A stretch of DNA of 64,000 bases. Source: Tubiluchus corallicola. Taxonomy: Eukaryota > Animalia > Priapulida. The stretch covers positions 434,001-498,000 of the forward strand of contig JAQGDQ010000029.1 in the NCBI GenBank assembly GCA_030141605.1, read 5' to 3'. Positions 30,801 to 42,800 of this stretch are shown in pieces; the first letter of the stretch is position 1, and the number at the start of each line of letters is the position of its first letter. The notes below the pieces were generated by a model. It ran no database searches. It was not told the DNA's origin and was given only the letters and a program-made list of their open reading frames with translations. Made by a program: the position numbers and the translations under genes.

Positions 30801-33800
30801 AAGCATTGAGTGAGTTTTAATTCAATGTTGCCATTGAAGGCATGTCAGATATTATCATATAAAATATTTGGTGAATAAAACCCACTCGATACCCTTTATC
30901 TGGAATATGATTTCCCCGTGAAGCACTGCACCAGCATCACTTCTGAGCAGTACCTATGCTTGTATACAAATAGCATTCTCTTAACAAAAAAGTAAAGGAT
31001 AAACACAGTGAATGTATACAAAGGTAAGCCCTGTGATGCTGAAAATAGTCTTCGCACAGGTGTATGTGTAATATAGTAAATGAAAGCTCTATCTCCATAG
31101 ATCACAAAATGATATTTGGTTTATAAATCATACAAAAGGTTACAAAGTTTGCAGTTTTAACAAGGTTTGCTGTTTTTATAAAATAACCAGAAATTAGCAT
31201 TTCAAAAGTGGATTAGGATTAGGGTTAGAGTTGGGATTAGGGTTAGGGTATCTATATTGTGGGATGAATTTTAAACTCTTCCAGCCTTTTTAGTCATTTT
31301 TGCTTCACAGTGAAATATAAAATATTATTACTTTTATCATTCAGCACGGTTTTTCTTTGGACGTTATTAATTAAATCGTTTCTAACTATTCTAAGGTCTC
31401 TACTGTCAAACTAAAAATGTGAATAATTAAGTCTTCGAGGACTTTTCCAAACAATGCTGACAGGACAGACAGACATTTTCACTTATGGTATGCAAAACGT
31501 GAAATTTCTGTGGTAGGTATTAATCTACTCGTCTGCACCAATAAAATTAAACTCTAAAAATGTTATGTAGTGTTTAAAGTTTCAGAAAATTAGATTTTGT
31601 AAAGCAAATTTAAAAATTAGTTATTGAGAGACATTAACACCACTCTATTTCTATGAAAATGCACATATCATATAATATCTAAGTAGCATCATGAACACAT
31701 TTATCAAGTTTGCATGTACTGTATATGAACTCTTTCATAACTCTCTCTCTGCACATTTCTAACTGTATAGATGCTAAACTCTTTCTATTGAATTTCACAA
31801 AACCGGTAACAAAGATCACTTGTTTTCTCGCCACAGTTGCTATCTAAAGTACATACCGGACTGTCCAGTACTGGATTAAATAGTAATCAAGAGTCAAACA
31901 TAACACATCCTGCCTTCAACACACAAAAGATACAAATACAAATACACATAAATGTTGCATTATTGCTTTCTAAAGTCTGGAAATTTAGACAGATACACAA
32001 GGACGAACACTTGCTTGTAAATGAAAATTACATATATTGAATACATTTAATAGGTACCGTATATACTCGCATATAAGCCTACATCGCATATAAGCCGTCC
32101 CCCTAAAACTGCTTTAAAATGGCCAGTTTTTGCAAAAACCCGTATATAAGCCGACCATCAACTTGTCTAATTTTACTCCATACCCAATCAACAAAATTGA
32201 TCCCTTTTTGTCACATTTTGTTAATTGGGTATTTTTGGTTCATAGAAATTTTTTACTATAAAGATGTAAAATGCTTACTTTTATGAATACAAAAAGCAGA
32301 CATTTATTGAAATGTGAATTTTTTCTAAAAAAAAGTGGGTGGACGGCGATCCCCCACGATCCCCCTCCAATACACCACTGGTGACACACAACCAAATAAA
32401 GAGTCAGATAGCGATGAAAATGTGTGGCTGGAAAATTGGCATTAGTGTCTGTCCTTGTGTTCATTTTGTTTCATGCGCATATAAGCCGACCCCCTGATTT
32501 CAGTATTGTATTTTATAGTTCTAAATTCGGCTTATATGCGAGTATATACGGTAAATCAAAGTTTAATATTAAATGGGCTGGGTGCATTCACTAAGTTTTT
32601 GCCCAGACTTAGCAGCCCCCCCCCCCCCATCCCAATTAAACTAGGTAGGCAGAAGTACATAAAAGAACATCAGTTAGTGAAAACGTTTGACAGTTATTAG
32701 TTTGGCATTGCTTTAAGTCACAGACTCCGACACTCATACTGTCTCAAGTTTCCCAACAAAAGTATGCTCGAGAAACATGAAAACACTGTTGTTAATGTAG
32801 ACCAATGTCACCTAAAACAATTCATTGACAACAAAAGTGTAAGAAAAGCATACCAGATGTTTTGGCCAGTTTTCACTGCAAAAAGAAATGGAATTTCCGA
32901 CCAAAACATTTCCACAGTTCTGCCCTAATTGTCCATTTCGTAATTCTTGCCTAAAACAATCATTTTGGAAAAATGTAAATAATCAGTAAGAGAATTTCTT
33001 TTTTAACTAAAATCACAATTGTTACAGATGTGCAAAATAAAGCTATCAATAAAACAAACTGACATCAACGTAAAGCCACATGTCTATCACTAGTTATGGC
33101 AATGGTTTTTACTTTTTTACGATTGTAGCCAAAATTAAAAATAGCTGATACATATATACATACTACTACAGGAGCAAATTGGCAAGTCATGTTGAAAGTC
33201 TGATTGTCCTGTTTTTGTAAAATTATTCTGAATCACAGCGAATTTATATCTCAAAACTACAAGAAAACAGTCTTCATAAAGAAGCCAAAATAATTAGTCT
33301 TGAAATTTTATAATACATATAGGCTGTTTTGTTGTCTACAGAGCTTGCATTAGCAGCAATGTTGTATAACGCCTAAAAATATAGACTCTTGGGATGGCCG
33401 TTAGGCAAAGCCATTTCAACGGTAAGTCGTTTGAAACAAGCTTCTAGATAACACTTGAAAAATAAACAGAGCATTCGTGGCGCACTCTTTGTTAACTAAG
33501 CAAAAGTATATATTATTTAATATGGTCAATAAGATTAATACGTTTTTTGGTGAAATGATGCCCACTGGGAAGGTGATACAGTAACATCTTAACCAGTTGG
33601 CATGAATATTTTAAACTATTAAGAATTTTATTTTCCAGTTAGATAAATTTTTCAAAAGTAAGCATAATGCCAAGTAATATAACTTTGTGTGGAAAGTTCT
33701 TCGGGCCACATTTTAACATTCCCTTCACTTCTCCTTATTAATATTCCTGTAAGTTCAACATAACACTATTTTTAAATATTTACATTTGGATCGCCGTACA

Positions 33801-36800
33801 ATATTTTTTTAAAATTTTAACTAATTTTCCTCTAAGCAAAAGAGCAAATACAACAAAAAGAATCTGTAAAACTTGCAGAATCTTAATAATAATAATTATT
33901 ATTTTTTCTGGCTAAGTGTAGAAGAAATATATAATGAAAGGCAAAATCATACCATATTTCTGGATTCAGTTCATCTCTAAAATCAAAATTGTCCCTTAAA
34001 ATGATGCCATTTTCATGCAAGCCACTAAGACCTGTCTTTGGCAGCACTTCGTTTCCATCTAGGACAAAAATAACCTATAGAGCTAACTTACTCACAAAAC
34101 AGCGAAAAATACTGGACAAAGTCACACGGTGGAAAGTCTCGTATCTTGTAGCAGAATTACAAAATTAGTAATGTCAGAAATGTAAGAATTTAATTTAACA
34201 GAATAACTGAACTGCATTTTTGTGGTTGCTTAGATTAGAACTACCTGCGCTGAAAAAAGAGAAACATTCACAGGTCTATGCATAATCTCGTATAATAAAG
34301 AAAATTAAACAAATCGATCAAACTATTAAAAGGTTCTGGAACTGAAACTTCCTACCACTAAATAGATGTGCAAGATAATACAAAAAAATTAATGTCACAG
34401 TTAGTTCAACTAAACTGCATGGCTTCGACATTCTGTGGTCTATTACATCTATTGCTGGTTCGGGTCAGTATTTAGACTAACTTGCGATTTTCTTATCATG
34501 TGTGTGTGTGTGCTGTAAAATCCACCACATCACACAAATAAAAGTCAACAGTGAAAACTTTCTGTATTGTAAAAAATAAACTAAATAATTGCTAAAAAGT
34601 ATTTCTGAAGCTTTATTCACCAAAAATTATTACTGCCATTGCCCGACTGCCTTAACTAAAATACATTCAACATATTTGTAATTTTATTATTGTAAAATAC
34701 CTGGGCTAAACAATTATAATACTCAATGCATTTGCGTATTAAAGTAGTAAACAGAAGTACAAATTCACAGTGAGTGCTTTATTACGTTCTAATATAATAC
34801 AGAACACGTTATAATCTTAGAGATCTTACTTTTATTTTCACACAGCTGCAGCACTTGAGAGTCTTTAATAAGAACTTGATCACGAAGTGTCACAGTCGCA
34901 CTGAAACAAAAATCAAATATGTTAGTTGAGCAACAAATGTCATTTTCAAAATCATCTCATTAACACTCTAGTTAGTTCAAGACCTTTAATAAGAAATCCG
35001 AAAACAAATGAATAAGAAGAAGACACATTTCAGTTTACCTTTATGAATTATCTTCAAAGTACAAGCAAAAAGAACAAACATTTGCTAAAAGTCAGTAAGA
35101 CGAATTCCTGTGTGAGTCCTGACAAAAATTTAAAGGAAAACCTGACCAAAAACAACAAAAATTTGCTAAAGGTCAGTAAGATGGATTTCTGTGCGAGACC
35201 TGACAGAAATTTAAAGGAAAACCTGACCAAAAACACAAAAATTCGCTGAAGGTTGGAAAGACGGATTCCTGTGCGAGTCCTGACAGAATTTAAAGAAAAT
35301 CTGACCAAAAACACAAAAATTCGCTGAAGGTCGGAAAGACGGATTCCTGTGCGAGTTCTGACAGAAATGCTAAACTCTAAGCCAAAACAACCTACTGTTT
35401 AAAATATTGACAGAGAACATACTATTCTTTCAAGAATGACTTATGTGAAATAATTATTACCACAGAAACGCAATTTTGCATTCACGCCACCATTTTGCCA
35501 TTCGCTAGTTAGACAGGCACTAGAGCCTGCAATTCAGATACGCTTTGTACAAAAACCAGGTGTTGTAACTTGTACCTCTCAGTTCAGAGGCATTCGTTTG
35601 AGACATAGCACACACATTCAACAGCTCACACGTGACCACAGCGGGTAAATTTGAAATTTAAATTTTTATCTTAAAACTTGCCTAGTTTTAGTACAGCACA
35701 CTGAACACCTTACAGTAGCACTGCACTTCAATATTCGCTTTAATAAACACATGCACGACGCTCATGGAATTTTTGTGCTGTTGAAAATTATGTTTATTTG
35801 TGACACTATCAATCGTTGGGCTGCCATTAATTAAGATTTTAATCTATTATTTAACTGTGAGAAAAATGCTTTAGCTGTGTATTGGTGTTAAAATGTATAC
35901 TTTTCACCGTACTTGAAAAAGGGGTAGGATATGAAAAATCACCCTGTCTTACTTTAAGGCTGCTGAAAGAGCTTTTAAGAGTTAGTGAAGGTTACTATCA
36001 CTGAGTTGGTTGATTTTAGCACTAACGTTTTTTAACACGCATTATGTGTAAATATTGTTTCCTTTATTCATTTGTAAAACATCTGTTGTTTTTGGCCATT
36101 TTATCTAAGAAAAGACAATTCCTACTTGCCAAGTTCTACCTTGCTGATTTCTCAAAACCTCATCATAGTGAAAAATTTTCAAGGAATCGAGCACAGAGTT
36201 TGTGATTGTATAAATAAGAACTACAGAATTCAAAGGAAAAATAATTTGCAATTAGTTGGTAACACACTCAAAGAGACCCTTTCTGATTAATCAGAGTTAA
36301 ACCATCTCTTTGCACTTAAAGGAAAACAAAATCCTTTGTTTGCATAGTTTACATATTTATATCACCTACATGCTGTCTTACTGCACACCAAATTTGCATT
36401 AGCAGCAACACTGTATAAGACACGAAAATTTATAGTCCTGCGATGACCGTAGCCACTTTAATGGCAGGGCAAGTTTAGATAATATTGTGTAAAGCTTGAA
36501 AAAATAATCAGACCATTTGTGGTGCATACGTCACTAACTAAGCAATTTTTAAGGATAAATTATTTTGTCTTCTCAATAAGATTAAAAATATGTTTTGACG
36601 AGTCGGTGGTGCAAACTGGGAAGGTGAGTTAGTGATATTTTACCAGTTCGTGTGAACACTTAAATTACAAACAGCCATAGCCCAACTTTTTGGAATAAAG
36701 TTCCAACAGTAATTAGACAAGCTCAGCCTCTTTGCAGTATTAAAAAGAAATTCAATGATTATTTATTTTCGTATTACTAAAGGCAAACAATATTTTTTTA

Positions 36801-39800
36801 AAGCAATCTACTACCAAGCTACAAAGTGACAGTATTTCAATGAGACAAAATTCCAAAAGAGCTTATTAGCATAAAATTATCATACGATTTAATTTACTTT
36901 TGTATACTGTTATAGAGGATAGTTCTAGTTCTACTAAGCCATCCTACCTGTTCTCCCCTTCAACTTCCCTCTAACCACTAATACTTCTGGTATTTCATTT
37001 ATCCAACTCTTTTCCACTCCTCTGTCAGAATGCATTAGGTCCTATTTAACTCTAGCAAGCAAATGAAATATAATTTATTGTGTGCTATTGTGTAAAAATT
37101 AAGTGTTTTTTGGATACATTTTGTAATGATATTTTGTTTGAAGTGGAAATAAATATTTTATTACATTACATTACACAGATCTGCTAACTAACACAGTGCC
37201 AGCTATGATACCAAAATACAAGTTTAAAAAACTAACAAATGCTTTAGTTGCTTTCTGATCCATCCAATTTATTCAGGCAAAGTAGGTCATCCTGCAAGCT
37301 TAAGAAGTAAACCCTATATGAATTCATTTTCATTGCAACACACACTGTGTAACTGCACCCTTTACAAACTCAACACTATCAAGTTACAACTCCACATCCT
37401 GAAAACACGTCCCAGAGGAATTACCCTATATCCACGTAGTTTTTTATTTCAATCCCTCATATATAAAAACAGTTTAGCATGCTGTGCAAGTAGGACACAT
37501 TCTCTAAACTTTGCTTTATACAAAAATATAAAAACTAGCCAGTACGAAAAAAATGGCAAAGTTTTTTGGCAAAAAAAATACAATTTGACAATGTTGAAAC
37601 AGTAGATACCGTTGTAGTCAGGTTTCAGCAATGAAAATTTCAACAAAATCTGAAACCTTTGTACAACACTTTGATAGAAGTATTATCTGCTGCTCATGTA
37701 CAATGTACAATCTACTGTTAAAATGTGGCATGCAAAACAGTTTCCAAGACCCAATATTTGAACCCAGCTACGGAGGACTTACCAGTGAAGATAGTCCCAA
37801 CTTCTACATGTTTTATCATCTACCTTTCTTCAGCATTTACATGGATCTACGTCTACTTTTGAAGTAACTACTTAGCTATTTAAAGGAAATTAAAATTTCC
37901 CTTGCAAACTATACGTGCCAAGATTGCGGTCAAATTAGCAGCATAAGCAAAAGTAAACAGCCAATTTCTATGGCTTAGGTGGCTGCCTATTTCCATGAGC
38001 AATTACAACCTGATGTTAGATACTTGTTGTTCTTAAAAATATTTACTATAGATATTCATTTTTTCAAATATCTGTGAGAAATTACTAGACAATTATGTGT
38101 TATCATAGTTAAAAAAATTCATCTTTGTCACAATTATCTTTTCTGAGAAAAATATTTCAGTGGTATATTAACACTGCTAGTGCCTATTTAAGCTTAATGG
38201 TCTTATACTAATTGGGTAATTGGCCTGACGAATGCGTAGTAACCAGAACCACAAAACATGCATATCAGTAAATAGTTTGATGCTTTTTGACCCTTACAAA
38301 TATTGCAAAAACATTTATTAAAGAGATGCTGATTTTTTTAATTTCACTTTTTAAATATTACGACCTGTATATATCCACTTTGCGATCCATTTAGCCGCTG
38401 GATGGCGCCACATGGTTCCGTTAGCTGTGTACCATAGTAGCTTATATTCAGTGCTGTCGGTAAAAATATTCTAATTTTGTTTATTATCAACTATTTATTG
38501 TACTGTTATAAGTTTTTGCTGCTGTTGGTTTTTGTATATTGTTGTTAGTTTTTCAAAATTTCGTTTGTTTCATTCTTGTATTATTGAAACAGCCTAAAAT
38601 TTCCTTCTTTCCGTTCATGTTTTTGAACTGCAGTCGTTCATGTATTTCGTTTGTGTATCGTTTACCAAGCACTATAAAGTGTGAATATATGCACCTAATA
38701 TATGAATTACATATTAAGCATTGAATAACAAAGTAGAACAGCTGAAATATTTTATAGTTTCCGGAAAATAAAGGGGAAAAACTTACAAAAACTCTATGCA
38801 GCCTGTTCCAGATGGTGGTGCTTGCCATGAAAAATCCAACTGCTTCACAGGTGACACTGAGATGTGAGAGGCAACAATTGAGCAAATGAACGGCTCAGAT
38901 TGTGCTGACTTTGCAGTGCGAACTGGCCGAGCTTGATGGAATGGCAATCTGTGAAGTAATGGATGCTCCGGTTGACTGCTGTACAACCCAGTCAATATAA
39001 ACCCATCAAAGCCCAAATTTGAATGAACTGACACTGAAAAAGCATGTCTGCATGTACATCCAGAGAAATAGTATTACAAACGACAAAGCTTTGAAAATTG
39101 TATTTTAAATAATTATGTATGCAAACTACACAAATAAACCAAGTATGGAAAATTCTTTCAAAATTTGTATTAAGATGATTCATTTGCGTCGTTTGGCAGT
39201 TTCGGACTCACCCTTTTAGCTTGTCTGATGAGCAATACACACAATCCAATGCTAAAGACAAAGACAAAGGCGACATTTATATATCGTCGCTCATTTAACA
39301 GACAACATCAGCACTAACGGCTATTTAGCAACTTACACTTAACAACAATATAGACAAGAACGCAACACACACAAACGACAAATAACATGTGAGGTATACA
39401 TGTCCTGGTGCTGACATCCACTAGACTAGAACTATGTCCTGGGTTGGGTGGTCGAATAGTGTAGATTTCGGATTGCAACCACACAGTCTTAAGTTCATAT
39501 CTAGCTACTGCCTGTGCCAGGACTAAACATAATTTGTTGTTTGTTTGTTTCATCCTTATCTGAATTGTTGTAAGTTTTAGAGATTTGCTAAACAGCCGTT
39601 TGTACTAATGTTGTGTGTAAAACGAGTGATGGTAAATAAATGTTGTCTTTGGTCTTTGTCTAAATCGAAGTTGAAGACCGAAATCTAGACCACTCAACCA
39701 CCCAACCCAGAAAAAGCATTAGATAGCACATGAATTACTTTTGATATGTATATAAAAGTGTGGGGCATTATCCAAAGACATCTCAGTTTATGAAAATAAG

Positions 39801-42800
39801 AAAAAATTTCATTAGCTGGAACTCTTTAAATATAAATTGTTTGAAGTTACCACTTTCACACAATTGAATATACTCAAGTCTCACCAAACTACAAAAAATT
39901 AAACTTACAATTGTATATTAAGCCAGGACTATATTTCTTCTCTCCACCATTAATGGATACAGAGAGATGAAAAGAATTCCTATTCAAGTTGGTTTCATCT
40001 GAAATTTATAAGTCAAATTGATTATTTGGAAAAAAATCATGCTCAAGCTGTCAATCCTACAAGTTTGCTCATACTAATTTTTCAAAATCGAAAAGTGATA
40101 ATCTTAGGTACCTGTGTACAAATGATAAAACATTATCATTTTGATTAACAATATTATTATTATTTCATTAACAATATTATTATTTCATTAACAATATTAT
40201 TATTATTATTATTACAATTAATCAAGCAGGGTAATAAAGATTTTTTAGTAGTAACTTCAATCTGCTGGAGCTGATTAACACCAGGTTTGTTTCATTGTTA
40301 TAAAAATGGATGACATTTAAAAAGCTGTACATGAATGTATCAGAAAAACAGAGAAAACAATGCGGGATGTATGCAGCTCCAACTATTCATCATCTCAGGT
40401 GCCTCCGTTATGCAACAAAGCACTACTCATAATTTGATACCATGTTCCCGGATCTGCTGCCAATTGCCAAGTATTCACCACATTTAAGTTAAGTAGAATT
40501 TGCTGCCAAAAGCTTATTTTCTGCTTCCAAAAGATACTTGAAAATCTTATTAAATGGTTATGCAGCACTAAACTTGTAAGATTAATAATGAAGCAAGCTA
40601 GTTTTTTGGTATCTCCTATGTAACTCGTGCTTTTTTTTATACCTATTTTTTATTCATTAATTTTTCTCCACGATACTCACTGTTTTTAATGCTTAATTTT
40701 TTCCATACTCACAGTTCTGAACTTTACCCACTAATTTTATTCAACTTGTCCCTTTATCAAGACCCGCTTGTAACTACTAGCCATAATAATCCTAATTACT
40801 GAATAATCTACTTTCATTCATATTAAATATAGATATAGGTATACAGATTTCTTTGACCCTTTTCTTGCAGAGTCCTCTAGTTATTATTGATTTGGTTAGT
40901 TTGACTACATTAATGGTTATGACTTACCTTTAACTCATCATTCATTTTGTTTTAGTTTGAGTCAAAGTTTAACCTTATACTTATGAATTTCGTAAGGACG
41001 TTGCTTACAAACCTTTTTTCTGCAAAATTGCATTCTTCTGCTTAGATTTATATACCCTTTATTCTATTTAAGTATTGTTTTTAATTTCTTTACAATTTGT
41101 AATACTGTTTTTTCTTCTTTTTGATTTTGTTATCTGCAGCATCACCGTTTTATTTTTATTAAACCTATCTTAGGGTTGTCAGACGTCCCATATTTGATAT
41201 TTTTGTCCTCTGTACACCTGTATTTAGTTCATTTTCAAATTTCGTAACAAAAATACATTTTACTACCTTCTTACAGGTTTTAGTTGTAACTTTATAAGTA
41301 ATTACATTTTCTTTTCTCTTTACAAAAATATCCCAAATGTAACAAGTAGAGTAATGTTGCTAGAAGTTTGAACAAACCTGACGTGATTGCTGTCGGTTTA
41401 CAACTTGTTCAGTTGCTTACTGTTACTGTTTTACCATCCAGTCTAAAGAAGTTTCTAGTTTATTTTCTGTATTGTTTACATTAAATAATAACATTCAAAA
41501 TTATTTTCCTTGGTATTTTTATATTGTCTCAATTGAATAAGAATTCTGCAATGATTTTATTTACTCAGAATTTCTATTCCATAACTATATTGCCTGTATT
41601 AAATAATATTTCTGTTTTCTGCATTAAATAAATACTTCCGAAATGTTTTCACTTTTACAAAATATTTTTAACTTGTATTAAATAAAATAATAAATGATTT
41701 TACTTTGGTTTTCCCGATAACCCACTAAAAGACTTGTTTCTAACTTGTCTTCATTGGTCTGATCAAGTGTGTAGGTATGTCCTATCTAGCACTAGGTGTA
41801 AGAAAGGGCAGGAAACTAGATAACCCTCTGGTTCCCTCTGTCCTGCTCCATGATTACCATTATTTAACATTAATTTTAACTAAAACTATTGCTGTAAAAC
41901 TATATTGGAGAAAATAAATGTTCCACGTGTATGCAGTATTTAATAAGTCTTCATCACAACATCTAAACATTTGATCAGCTGCCCTGCTATTGGTTTCTTC
42001 CAAGCATGACTTCTTTCATTCCTTGCCTCACTGGATTCTAACAATCCATTTGCCGCCAAATCAACTTTTGATCCAAAAAGCGTGAAGTTGAATTTTGTGC
42101 TACGCGTTATTTTTAACATATTTAGGCTTTTCTAAAGTGTCCACGACTAATTTGTTGCGCACTATTCATAGTATTCACAAGGCACTCACTTAAAATAATT
42201 ATGTATTACATGTATGAATGTCTTAGCTTTTATTAATGAACTCGAACGATTAAAGGTTATCCAAACAATTTCGGTGTTCTGAAATTAAGATTCGTTGATT
42301 AAAATATAATTACAAAATTGGCTTAAATGTAGTCGATATAAATTCAGATAAAAGTCTTACTGGAAGAACTACATAAAACGAAATTACTTTGTTTGTTAAA
42401 ATAAATTTAAAACTAAAACAGATAACATGAAAAAGTTAAGGTTTCTAAAAAGAACAACTGTTTTCAAGTCACGATTATATGGTAAAATGCGGATTGGATG
42501 AGATGAAAGAAATTATGTCAACATAACTGAATACATGTACAAGATATAAGTGAATCCAATACAGATAAATTAAGAAAAGTTAGAATGTGTGTCACAAAAG
42601 CTGTTGCGTTTTTGCTGCAACAGCTTTTGTGACACACATTCTAACTTTAAGACGCATAAACCGTAACTGAAACAATGACCAGTGGAAAAGATGAAACTTA
42701 TTTGTATTGAGCAAATAATGTGGTCTTTCAAACCGGCACTTTTTATTGATGTCAGTTCGCTGGCCGAATTGAAGAAGATTCAGTGTATTCATGGTATCAA

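Noticed and set aside
35064-35368. CRISPR-like array or coding repeat
   Set aside because: Contiguous tandem units without unique spacers in a eukaryotic intron; the ORFs are by-products of the repeat.
40500-41850. Possible decayed DIRS/tyrosine-recombinase element on the minus strand (IWDV, AGLD fragments)
   Set aside because: Only isolated 4-residue matches among many stops; needs TBLASTN or HMM support.
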